This document shows positions 25,457 to 37,100 of a stretch of 64,000 nucleotides of DNA, piece by piece. This DNA comes from Batkoa obscura (lineage: Eukaryota). How positions within the stretch are numbered: position 1 is the first letter of the stretch; every line of letters starts with the position of its first letter. Made by a program: the position numbers and the translations under genes. The stretch spans positions 682,001 to 746,000 of the forward strand of contig JASVEC010000019.1 of assembly GCA_030770535.1 (NCBI GenBank), in the 5' to 3' direction. The notes beneath the pieces were generated by a model, which made no database searches, had not been told where the DNA came from, and saw only the letters and a program-made list of their open reading frames with translations.

Positions 25457-25528
25457 TAGCATCTGAAGGTTTCGATCCTTCGACCTCGGGGTTATGAGCC
25501 CCGCGCGCTTCCTCTGCGCCAAGATGCT
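25457..25528 (-). tRNA. Initiator tRNA-Met (CAT)
   Basis: AGCATCTTGGCGCAGAGGAAGCGCGCGGGGCTCATAACCCCGAGGTCGAAGGATCGAAACCTTCAGATGCTA has A1:U72, consecutive G:C pairs in the anticodon stem and an ATCGAAA T-loop. Confidence 0.95.
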
Positions 25529-25593
25529 ATTTTTAATACGTAAACTGAATATTTTCTATATTTATATCTAAAATAAGATTCTAGTTGCTATAT

Positions 25594-25692
25594 GAGGCTG
25601 TTTTTTTTGGTTTCATTACTTTCTCCATCTTTTAAGCACTATTTAAGTGGAAAAATCGTCAGTAAAAATTTTAAACATAAAAATATATCTCC
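25594..25692 (-). mobile_element. MITE family A copy
   Basis: Matches consensus; ATAT flanks; ~65 bp upstream of tRNA-iMet. Confidence 0.85.
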
Positions 25693-25707
25693 ATATAATC
25701 AATATAT

Positions 25708-25904
25708 GAGGATGTATTTTTTTATTTAATAATCTTACTAGCAATCTTTCCGCTCAATAGCAAATGGGGATGTATTTTTGTGCTTAAGAACTTTATAATA
25801 AATTTTCCACTCAAATAGCGCTTAAAAAATAATGAAATCAAAAAAACACTCCCAAATAGTGTTTAAAAGATTGGAAAAGTGATGAAACTAGAAAAAATAT
25901 TCCC
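25708..25904 (+). mobile_element. MITE family A copy interrupted by a nested copy (25766-25853)
   Basis: Outer halves join to consensus; inner copy flanked by AAAT on both sides. Confidence 0.85.
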
Positions 25905-26157
25905 ATATATCTATTAGCATGGGATTATTTAATTAATGACATGATTTATAATTATAAAACCAACAACAAATTTAAATAGAGGTGTTTAAACATAGAGAAC
26001 AACCTAATATTAAAAAACGATTAAATTTACGGTACATGGTAGTTCCAATTATAATATAAGTTTATAAATTAGTTTGATATATTTGTCTAGGCTTTAATAG
26101 ATTTTAAAAGTAAGATGATGGATTGTTTTATGAGACTTCTAATTATATAATTTATAT

Positions 26158-26255
26158 GGGGCTGTTTTTTTTAGTTTCATTATTTTTCCATTTTTTAAGC
26201 GCTATTTATGTGGAAAAATTGTCAGTAAAATTCTTAAATACAAAAATACATCCCC
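26158..26255 (-). mobile_element. MITE family A copy
   Basis: Matches consensus; ATAT flanks. Confidence 0.9.
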
Positions 26256-26508
26256 ATATGTTCTTTACTTTAGAAAACGAACTTTGTTATTTTAATTTGT
26301 AATAAAATAAAGTTATTTATATTCCCCATTGTTCCAGGTTAATGGGATTTTATGGTTATGCCAATAAAATGAATATTAGGTGACTAAGCTTATTTGATGT
26401 TATTATAAAACTATTAAATAAGTGTTTTTGGTATATTTAATTGTTTTAACTATTATAATACAATATATAAACCAAGAGAAATCTTCATTTTATTTATAAC
26501 ATATAAGA

Positions 26509-27174
26509 ATGAGTTTTGATTTTAAAACTTGGGATATTTCAAGCGTAAAAACCAACCTCTTTTCGTTTCCATCTCAAAATGAATTTCAAGGATCAAGTGA
26601 ACAACCTTCCTGCTCTCCAACTTCAACAAAGCCACCTCTGTGTATCAAATTACCTTGGAATTATATCATAAAGCCTATTAATCATCCTAATCCCAATAAA
26701 CTTAAGCTACCTACCATACATAAACAAACTTTAAGTACGTATGAACGTAACCATAACCTGATTGATTTCAGCCATGTCGTTAGTTCCAATATACCATTAG
26801 AGGCTATTGAATCGGACATACCGCTTTATTCATTTAGCTTGTATGAGATAAATTTATTATGTTTATTTGATCAAATCAAAGATGTCAAATATCCTCAAAA
26901 AGTTAGTAACCACGATATTGAATTTTTAAAACAAAACCGAGCCACTTCGGTTTATAATCTTTCTCTGCTAATTTTATTAGTAGTTTTAAGTAACACCTTA
27001 TTAAAACCAAAGGATCGTACTAAGAATCCAGTCTACTTAACACATATTACTAAAATGCTAAACAGCTTTGATATATATCTCAAAAAGCATCAGCTTACTT
27101 ATACTCAACAATATTATTTTAGCCTTACCCTAAAGTTATATGATACCTTTATGTCTAGTCCTTTCTTAAATTAA
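26509..27174 (+). CDS. Hypothetical protein, orphan family member 2
   Basis: 221-aa ORF; DIEFLKQNRATSVYNLSLLILL...LKP...VYLTHI. Confidence 0.75.
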   Translation: MSFDFKTWDISSVKTNLFSFPSQNEFQGSSEQPSCSPTSTKPPLCIKLPWNYIIKPINHPNPNKLKLPTIHKQTLSTYERNHNLIDFSHVVSSNIPLEAIESDIPLYSFSLYEINLLCLFDQIKDVKYPQKVSNHDIEFLKQNRATSVYNLSLLILLVVLSNTLLKPKDRTKNPVYLTHITKMLNSFDIYLKKHQLTYTQQYYFSLTLKLYDTFMSSPFLN

Positions 27175-27366
27175 ATTTCGTTTTTCTAATAAGCTATCTA
27201 ATATTTTTTTAGTCTGATAGCTAATTTATAATAGACAAATAGTGGCAGTTAATTATATATAATTAAAATCATAGCCTAAAATTTTACATTGTAGTTTAAT
27301 TTATTAATAGAAATGAGTTAACAATATTCTAAACTTGGATTCTAAAATTCAGGTTAATAGTTGAAT

Positions 27367-28404
27367 TTAGTTATTAAAAGAGGATTGAGCCATTGCATTT
27401 GTATTAGAGTTATATTCTGCTTGTCCATAAGAAGACCCATAATTAGTTGAATAAACAATGGATCCACTGGGCCCAGAAATTGCGTTATATCCATTACCAC
27501 TGTATAAACTTGAATTAGGCCCTTTAGAAGCACCAATACTAGCACCTGCTCCTGCAGCTTCACTTAGCATGGTATTCCCATTTTGAGAAAATAAAGCACC
27601 TTCTGAATTTGAGATAGGAGAGTTATTTGTGATATCATTTTCGGAAGATGTTGATGAAGTATCAACAATACTAGAAAAATTTGGACTAGAAGCTTCCTTT
27701 ACAAAATTATTTGTTGATGAAGATTCAGAAATAGGCTCTAACATTATCATCCCACGGTTGTTTTGAGGATCGAAACTAATTTCCATATTAACAAATGGAG
27801 TGTTAAATTTATACACTTTGCCTTTTGTATCAGATTCAGATTCAGATTCAGATTCAGATTCAGATTCAGATTCAGAGGTAGATGTAGATATGGTATTAGG
27901 GTTAGAATTTTGATTTTGGGTTATCATCGTATTTGGAGTACTATTGTCAATTGCCGTAGAATTTAAATTCGAAGAGGCGTTATTTGATTGTTGAATGTTT
28001 GAAGTAGATTGATTAATATCGATTGCTTGTGTTGTTGGATTCATGCTACTTGAATTAGGGTTGTTATTTCCATTAGGCTTTGAACTATTTACTTCAGCTA
28101 CTATTGAAGAAGAATTTGTGCTTGTAGAGTTTGGGTTAGAAGAAATCTGGCTTATACCTAAAACTGATTGTTCCCCTTTGGATGCAGATACACTTTTATT
28201 TTGATCAATGTTGTTATTATTTTGGTTTAAGGTTGAATTTGCAGAACCTTTTGACGAATTAATAAAATTTAATACTATATATTGCTTTTTAGTATCAATG
28301 GTCTGCTTTTCATTTTCAGCCTCTGTCTTATTAAAAGAAGTATGAACTGGGGTTGATAAAACGGATGCTACTACTAATAAAATAATACTTGTGTATTTGA
28401 TCAT
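27367..28404 (-). CDS. Secreted Ser/Asn-rich protein with C-terminal Gly/Ser repeat segment
   Basis: Signal peptide MIKYTSIILLVVASVLS; (SE)n tract; C-terminus GSIVYSTNYGSSYG resembles GSIGSSNNYGSSTG of the 52963 gene. Confidence 0.85.
   Translation of the reverse strand: MIKYTSIILLVVASVLSTPVHTSFNKTEAENEKQTIDTKKQYIVLNFINSSKGSANSTLNQNNNNIDQNKSVSASKGEQSVLGISQISSNPNSTSTNSSSIVAEVNSSKPNGNNNPNSSSMNPTTQAIDINQSTSNIQQSNNASSNLNSTAIDNSTPNTMITQNQNSNPNTISTSTSESESESESESESESDTKGKVYKFNTPFVNMEISFDPQNNRGMIMLEPISESSSTNNFVKEASSPNFSSIVDTSSTSSENDITNNSPISNSEGALFSQNGNTMLSEAAGAGASIGASKGPNSSLYSGNGYNAISGPSGSIVYSTNYGSSYGQAEYNSNTNAMAQSSFNN
27829..27875. repeat. (TCAGAT)n microsatellite encoding (Ser-Glu)n
   Basis: About 8 tandem hexamers. 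Confidence 0.9.
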
Positions 28405-28862
28405 ATTTTAGAATGATAATATTAATAAAATGAATTATATTATTCTCAACTTTTTAAGTAGCTTTTTTTCGATAAATTCATTACTTTTATATCGTTTTAT
28501 TGTTATTTACTCTTTTTTAATGAACTAATTGAGATACATTGAGATATTATTATATTTCTTGTAAAACTTTACCATTTCATTTTGATTGCTTTGATTATTT
28601 TCATTAATCCTTTTTAAAAAAATCTAGTTTAATGGATATCAACTGATGATTAAAATTAACCAAATTTAGTAGTTTAAAACAATACTTCAAATAATTATTA
28701 AGATATAGCAGCAATAAAATATAATATTCTGCTTGTATTCTACTTTTACTAATCAGATTTTTAAATTAGATTAATAGAGTATTTTCAACCTTTAGAAAGT
28801 TTTTTAAAATATAAGTTCAAGTAACAAAATCCTTTAAGGTAATAAATATTTAAAAATACGTT

Positions 28863-29732
28863 TTAATTTTTTAAAGCATATGGGCCATGTTTTAAGTTAA
28901 TAGGAAATGCTTTAGCATATCCATCAAAAAGGTTAGACAATTTCTCGAACCAGTTAATCAAGGTTTTGTCTTCAATGTTTTGAACACATACTTCAAAGTG
29001 TACAGGTGTAAGCACTCTAATAGATTGTAATAGGGAAAAGACGATGTAATCAGAGTATGTAGCTAAATTAAAAACAGTAAAAACAAATTTACTAAAATGA
29101 TAATCATCACTTACGTTCTGTGCCTTCAAAAAAAGGGGTATCCTTTAACATAAGGATAAGTGGTTTTAACAACCTTTCAAAATCCACATAAAGCCCTTCT
29201 ATAGGACGTGAAAACATTTTTATTCCAATGTCAAATAAGTCTTTCTGTAAGTCTTGATCTTCCTTTAGTAAGACGTCCCTCTCTGCTTCTATACATAGCC
29301 CACCAATTATATCAATATTAGCTTCAATGTACTTTTCTAAAAATTCGGCAAGTTTTGAACCATTTGGAAATAATTTTGGGTTTTCTGGAAACCTTTTTTC
29401 AAGCTCTATTGCAATATCTCTACTATTATAATACACTGATCCATCTTCAAACTTTAAGGCTGGAACTTGCTTCCATTTACCATCACTAAAAATTATGAGA
29501 TTTAAAAATACATTATTATAAATATTACGTTAATTCCAAAATGGTCTTATTAAGTTGTCTAAAGTTTAATTTTACTTCATTAAAATCAAGACCCTATTAA
29601 AAAAGTTTAAAAAAAACAATATTATATAAAAATCGTGTTTACCTTATGTTTTAATGCCATCTGTATCCGCCATACATAAGGCGAGAGACACAAATTTTCT
29701 TCATCACTATTAAATAAAAAATACAAATCCAT
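28863..29732 (-). CDS. Glutathione S-transferase (LigE/GSTFuA-like), 4 exons
   Basis: Spliced: MDLYFL...LSPYVWRIQMALKHK / GLDFNEV... / DGKWKQVPALKFEDGSVYYNSRDIA...PFFEGTE / PTYSDYIVFSLLQ; three GT-AG introns. Confidence 0.85.
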
Positions 29733-29794
29733 TTTTTTTAAGAAAGTTATTTGAAAGATCAGCGTTTATATATTATCCTTTTATATAGCCTATC

Positions 29795-29850
29795 TTACGC
29801 AGCTATTCAATCCCAAATCATGTTACGCAGCTATTCAATCTTAAGTCATG
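29795..29850. repeat. Two tandem 28-bp repeats in the GST promoter
   Basis: ttacgcagctattcaatcccaaatcatg / ttacgcagctattcaatcttaagtcatg. Confidence 0.85.
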
Positions 29851-29860
29851 GCTGCAATAA

Positions 29861-29957
29861 GGGGGTGTATTTTTTTGTTTAAGAATTTCACTAACAACTT
29901 TTTCCACCTAAATAGTGCTTAAAAATGGAAAAAGTAATGAAACCAAAAAATACCCTC
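29861..29957 (+). mobile_element. MITE family A copy
   Basis: Matches consensus; ATAA on both flanks. Confidence 0.85.
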
Positions 29958-30163
29958 ATAAATTATGATTTATAAAAGGGATATTTACTTTTAAAAAAAT
30001 AAATGATGCAATACTCTAATATAAATAATTTTTATTTTTCATTGAACATTAATACTAATTTTATTTAAACTGATTAATAATTTCTAATCGTATTATATAC
30101 ATATTTGGTAAATTTGCAATGCTTTTATACAAATTTTATATGAAAGTACTTTTGTAACAGTAT

Positions 30164-30263
30164 GGGGATGTGTTTTTGTACTTAAGAATTTTACTAATAA
30201 CTTTTCCACCCAAATAGCACTTAAAAGATGGAAAAAGGTAATGAAGCCAAAAAAATCATCCCC
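30164..30263 (+). mobile_element. MITE family A copy
   Basis: GGGGATG...CATCCCC; flanks GTAT/TTAT. Confidence 0.9.
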
Positions 30264-32160
30264 TTATCTTTGCATAAGGACATATTATCTCATAGCTAAA
30301 TTCCTTTGATTATTATTTTTTAATATTGAACCATTTGTGGTAAGTGGCTATTAACCTCTTGATTAGAACATTACTTTTCCAAGGAAGAATATACAGTTGT
30401 TGCGTTAAACCTGGAGTAGAGCTGAATAAATTTAGTTTATTTCTACATTTTAACTAATCCTTAGTTGAACATTAAGTACTTACACAATAGTACTTGTCAT
30501 AAATCCATTTCTTAAAAATCAAACACTTAGTTAGTCGATTTAAAACTCATTTAAAATGCTTTTGAGTAAAAATATAGTTATAATAAAATGATATCCTACA
30601 TTTAAGCTTTACTTAGAGTTATTCATAGATAAAAACAACAACAAAGATACATCAACCATATTAGTTGATGGCTTATAAGAGTTTTTATTTGGTACTATTA
30701 ATAAACTTATTGAGTTTTGCTGATCGTGTGTTAGACATTTTCAAAATAATACATAGCTTTTTGGTAAATAAATAGGTAGACTATTGATTATAGTAGTAAT
30801 TTTTGTTTTTGACTTTTTTAATCTTGAGTCTTTCTTAGTTGGAAGCCATTTGGCCTAATACTTACATAGTAAAGTTTTTATGATTATAATTATATACTTT
30901 TACCTTGCTTTTTTTTGAAAGTTATATTAGGTATTTTCATAAATTTCAAAACTAGTAATCTTTTTAAATTTAGTCTATTACTAATCCAAGTAACTTTAAA
31001 AGGTAGATTCATTAGTGAAAGAGCAAAGTATTAAAAACACCCAGTTTTTATCAAAAATTTTGTTACTATTGCATAAAATCACTTATTGAACTTGTTCATT
31101 TTAAATAACAAATACAAATAATAAGCTACAAATTTTAAAATAGACCAAATATCTTTTAGATGTTTTTATCAGACTAAACATTCAGGGTTTCAAAAAGGCA
31201 AGTTGCGGTCATTGATCCGAGCCCCATAAACCTCTTAATAGGCTATTGAAAACCCCTTTTTTGATGTTTCTTAGCTTTCTTCCCTCCTTTCCTTTCTATG
31301 TTATTTTTTTTACATATCAAATTTTATAAGTAAACCATACCATCTCAATGACATCTTATCAAGAAAAATAGACCAAATAATATTAATTAAACATCTATTT
31401 AATCTTGTGTCTAACCAATAAGAATGAACTAAACATGCATAACAAACTTTACCTGAATTCAACCTTTGCTTTTAAGTTTGCTAAAATAAAGCTAGTAAGT
31501 TAAATACATTGAATTGTATATTTTTTTAAGAAATTTGGTCTTTAGTGCGGATCGTTTTGATTGGTTAAAAGCAAAAAAGGCAAATTTGACCAGATTTAAG
31601 CAATAGAAAATTAGCTAACTTAAATACTAGCCATAAAATTCCAAAAGTAAATTTGGGATCTTATATTTATAAAACATTAATGGCTTGTATAATAAAGTAC
31701 TAATATTTCCTTTTAGGAAGCAGTCACTCCAAAGGATCCACTTTTACGAAAAGGTAAACCATAAGTTTATATGTATAAAAAGTTTATTTATAATCTAAGA
31801 TTTAATAGTCAGCATTGTATGTTTATATTTTTGTTCTACTAAATCAAGTTAAACACAATTAAATATTTAGATTTATCTTCGCTTTATTTTAATTTTGATT
31901 TATAATCTGTGAATTTATTACTTTTAGAATAAACAAGATACTATTTATAAAAATTAATTTACTCTTAATTTGAGTTAATAGCATAATTTTTTTAAATCTA
32001 AAATATTTTGTATAAAGAAAGGATTTTGTTTTCAAAAAGATTGGGGCTTTATTGCCAAAAAGCCAGCCTATTAAATTTAAAGATAAATTTTTACATGTCT
32101 TACTCTATTTAATAAATATATTAATGTATTTAGCACCAAAGTTAGTGCCCAAAAATATAT

Positions 32161-32257
32161 GGGGATAGGTTTTTTTGTTTAAGAATTTTACTACAATCTT
32201 TCCACTCAAATAGCGCTTAAAAAATGGAAAAATAATGAAACCAAAAAAAACAGCCCC
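32161..32257 (+). mobile_element. MITE family A copy
   Basis: Matches consensus; ATAT flanks. Confidence 0.9.
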
Positions 32258-34146
32258 ATATATTAATATATGACCCGAACTTTATGTGTTAAAAAGAATA
32301 CTATTGATGAATAGCTAATTTTTGATATCGTTTTTGGTTTTTACCTGCCTTTCCTGTTACATTCTCAAATACTTTGTTATTTATGGTAGAGTTTTTAAAA
32401 GTCAATACTGAAAGTGAAATTTAGTTGAAAAATAAGCATACATTTCAACTTGGTAAGCAATATGAAATAACACACCTTTGTGTTGCTCTTTTGCATGTTT
32501 TCTAGCTGATACACTTTTTGAAACTTGAAATTTTGAATAGGATTAAAGAATTATTATGATATTATTGTGTTTCTTTATAATTGATGCTTTTATATACATT
32601 ATCCTAAATATAGCAAACTATACTTTAATAAATTATTTTAATTGTTGACTATAATAAATGTAACAAGTAAAATTAGATCATTTTTAAACTATTGGTATAC
32701 ATTATCATTTACATAATAAAATTTTTCTAAAACAAGATAGTCTAGAATCAATACTATTAGCTTATAAATTTACTATATTTATTTTATAATGAATATTTTG
32801 TGTATTAAGTTCTTGATTAAATTTGTAACCTTGTAAATTTGTTAGAAGGTTATTGCGGAAGTCCGAAATTATTTTACTCAATTTATGAATAAAAGATACG
32901 TATTTAATTTTTTTCAAATATTAGGAGTAGCAATATTTATCCAATATTTGACTGTAACTTAAGCCAAAATTCTCAATTTTTCAAAACAATGGCTCAAAAT
33001 CAACTTTTGAGACTCACACTTTATCTTTTTCATGCTTTCATGACATGAAAAATAATTTATCAGTTATTAAAAAGTGCTTTAAATAATAGCGTATTATATG
33101 GCTAGGTGACCGCATATACGTTACACTATTCCTTTGACCTATCTTTAATGTTAATTACTTGTTTATCATCTCATGTTCCTTTATGTTTTTTGTATTTTAT
33201 TTAATAAACTCTTATACCTTATTTGTCATCTGTTCCTTACCTTTGGTATTACATCAAATCAACTTATACTGCTGGTTTTTTCTGTCTTTCTATATATCAA
33301 CATTTGATATTTCTCACCGCAGCAATAGATAAGAGATGATTAAATATTTACAAAGATTTTGGGTAATAAAAAGATAGTGGCTTCGGTCTTCTATTTGTTA
33401 GCATAAAAAGCTGTAGTTTAAAAAAGTAAATTTCACTGTCTGAATCGGACCTGCTTAAACTCGGCTCACTTAATTTCCGAACTTTTTTTTTGAAAGAATG
33501 GGCTTGCTTTTTGTTCGATTTATCCAATATATTTTTCAGCTAAGATAAAGGAAAGAAATGAACATATGTTGGTAGAGAAAAGAAGATTAAAAATTGTTTT
33601 AATAATACAAACTGTTGTTAACTCATAATTGAAGCTATAAAGTAAATTACATTAATATCTGGTTATTTTTAGCTTAATAAGAATTTATTTTTGAGCTATC
33701 CAAATCTAGTTATTTAATTTATAATATTGAATATATCCATATAATACTTAGCGCCTAAATAGTTAACCCAATAATAACTCGCTTTTAATTGGTTAAAATC
33801 ATATTAAATTTATCGGTTTTAGGATTATCCAAGTCTAAAAAAAATAGAAAAGTAGAGTTTATCCCAACATTGGTAGGCTAACAAAAATCAATGAAAACTG
33901 TGCCTTAATTAGAAAAATTCTTAGGGGAGCAAAAAAGCTGTGATTTCATTTGTCGATTTTATTAGTAATTTTTATTAAAGTGAATAGATCAGTGAATAAA
34001 AATTATCTCAACCTTAAATCACGATAGTATATAAATAAACATAAAATGTACTTTAATGAATAACAATTTATTTTAATACATTTCAATAATAATATTATAA
34101 TTATTATTTTCTTCAAAATATCAATTATTTATTATAATATTAGATA

Positions 34147-37100
34147 ATGGCTAAATCAAAAAAACAAAACGATAAAGAAGAAAAGGTAGCTTCTGTCCAA
34201 CAATTAGCCCCAGTCTCATTTGGAAAACTATATACCTATGCTACCCCACTTGATAAACTATTAATGATTATTGGTTTAATAACTTCAGTAGGAGCCGGAG
34301 CTGCATTACCTGCTACATCTATCTTATTTGGAAATATGATCACAATTATGGGTGAATTCCAAATGGGAGGTTCACCTGATGTGTTTATGGAAAATATTTC
34401 CTTATTTGCTACTTATTTTGTTTATTTGGGTATCGGTGTATTAGTATGTACTTATATATATATGGCATGTTATATCTATGTAGCTGAAAGACAGATCCAT
34501 CGTATTCGTGAAGAATATTTACGTGCAGTTTTGCACCAAAACATTGCTTGGTTTGATGATTTAGGTGCTGGTGAAGTCACTACTCGTATTACTAGTGATA
34601 CCAACATGGTTCAAGATGGTATTGGAGAAAAAGTAGCCATCATATTTCAAGACCTCGCTACTTTCGTTTCCGGTTTAGTGATTGCATTTACAGCCGAATG
34701 GAGATTAGCTCTTGCTGTCCTTACTATTGTTCCAGTTATTGTTATAACCGCTATTGTGCTCAACAAATTTGCAGGTAAATACACCACAAATGGGTTGAAT
34801 TTCTATTCAGCGGCCGGTACTTTAGCAGAGGAAGTATTCTCATCTATTAGAACCGCAGTCGCTTTTAATCAACAAAAGAAACTTGGAAAAATGTACGATG
34901 ATTTAATAATGAAAGCTGAAAAAGAAGGTCGCAAAAAATCAATCACCATTGGTATTGGTGTTGCTATAATCTTTTTTGCTATTTACTGTGGTTATGCTAT
35001 TGCTTTTTATTATGGAGGGGAATTAATTAATTGGGGACTTATTGGTTCTGGTAAAGTTGTTAATGTCTTTTTTGCTATTTTACTCGGTGCTTTTTCGTTA
35101 TCTAATGTCCCTCCTCACTTTCAAGCTGTTACCTATGCTCGTGGAGCTGGCGCTAAACTCTTTGAAGCTATTGATCGTGTACCACCTATTAGATCTAATT
35201 CCAAAGAAGGTGAAAAACTCTCACAAATTGTTGGTGAAATCGAGTTCAAAAACATTCGCTTCGCTTATCCTTCCCGTACAGAGGTACAAATCTTTGACGA
35301 TTACAGTTTGAAAATTGAACCAGGTACCACTGTAGCTTTAGTTGGGGCTTCAGGATCTGGTAAATCAACAACCATTCAGCTTCTAGAGCGTTTTTATGAC
35401 CCAGATTCTGGTGAAGTACATCTTGATGGACACAATATTGCTAAATTAAATCTCAAATGGTATAGACAACAACTTGGTTTAGTATCTCAAGAACCTACTT
35501 TGTTTAGTGGTACTATTGCAGATAACGTCGCTATTGGTTTAATTGGAACAAAATATGAACATGCTCCCAGAGAAGAACAAATGCCACTTATCATTGAAGC
35601 TTGCATTAAATCTAATGCTAACACCTTCATTACCGGATTGCCTTTAGGCTATGACACTCAAGTTGGTGAACGTGGATTCTTACTATCAGGTGGTCAAAAA
35701 CAACGTATTGCTATTGCTAGAGCTATAGTAAAGGATCCAAAAGTTTTACTCTTAGATGAAGCTACATCCGCACTCGATACTCAATCAGAAGGTATTGTTC
35801 AAGAAGCTTTAGATCGTGCTAGTCAAGGACGTACAACTATCGTCATTGCTCATCGTTTATCCACAATCAAAAATGCAGATAAAATTGTTGTGATGGAAAG
35901 AGGACGTGTCCTTGAAACTGGTAACCACAATGAGTTAATGGCACGCCCTAATGGTGCATATCGCAAACTAGTTGAAATCCAAGATATTCGCCGTAAAAAG
36001 GAATCAGCTGAAGTTAGTGAAAAAGTCCCAGAAATTGATAACGACGCCACTGAATACGTAGAAACTGTTGTAGAAACTAAGGACGGAAAAACCGAGATAG
36101 TTAGAGTTGCAACTACTAATTCAGTTTTATCAGTTAAATCCAATATTGAGGAAGGTGTAACAAGTGAATTCAGCAATCCATTATCTGAGTTAATTATGGA
36201 AATCATTAAAACTAATCGTCCAGAAACCAATCTCATCCTCATTGGTACCTTTGGTTCAATTGTATTAGGATTAATTTATCCTTTCTTTTCTATTATTTTT
36301 GCTAGTTTATTGGATGCCTTTAACCAGACGGGACAAAAATTATTAGACGATACTGCATACTGGGCCCTTATGTTATTTATCATTGCCATAATTGCTGGTA
36401 TTGCACAACTTTGTTCTCAATTTGGATTTGCTATTTCTTCAGAGAAATTATCAGCTCGCTTAAGAATGAATTCTTTTAACTCAATTTTATGGCAAGAAAT
36501 CGGTTGGTTTGATCGTGATGCCAATTCTACAGGTTCCCTTATATCTGCTTTATCCCAAGATGCTCAAGATATTCAAGGTTTCAGTGGTGTTACATTTGGA
36601 TCCATTCTCAATATAGTCGTTAATCTTATTTCCTCAATGATTGTTGGTTTAGTTTTTGGATGGAAATTAGCTTTAGTTGTTATTGCATGTTTACCATTAA
36701 TTTTATATTCTGGTTATTTACGTATTGCTATGATTCGTAATTTCCAAAAGAAAAATAAGGAGTCTTATTCCAAATCTGCTGATATGGCTTGTGAGAATGC
36801 TGCTGCAATGCGTACCGTAGCTTCACTCACTAAAGAAGACCAAATTTGCGAACAATACCATCATGCTCTAGAAGAACCACTAAGAGCTGGTTATCGTAAC
36901 GCTGTTTACTCTTCATTTGTATTTGCGCTTTCTATGTCATGTAATTTCTATGTAAATGCTCTTGCATTTTGGTATGGTGGTACTTTAATGTCAACTGGAG
37001 AATATAATGTCCAAACTTTTTTTACCGTTTTCATGGCTCTTATTATGGGTGCTTCTGGTGCTTCAAGAGTTTTTGCCTATGCCCCGGATATGAACAAAGC

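Noticed and set aside
28863..29436. Apparent frameshift between two GST ORFs
   Set aside because: A GTAAGT...TTTAG intron joins them in frame (EGTE-PTYSDY).
31185..31260. Possible hairpin (gggtttcaa...ttgaaaaccc) suggesting an ncRNA
   Set aside because: Short imperfect stem with no snRNA or snoRNA box motifs identified.
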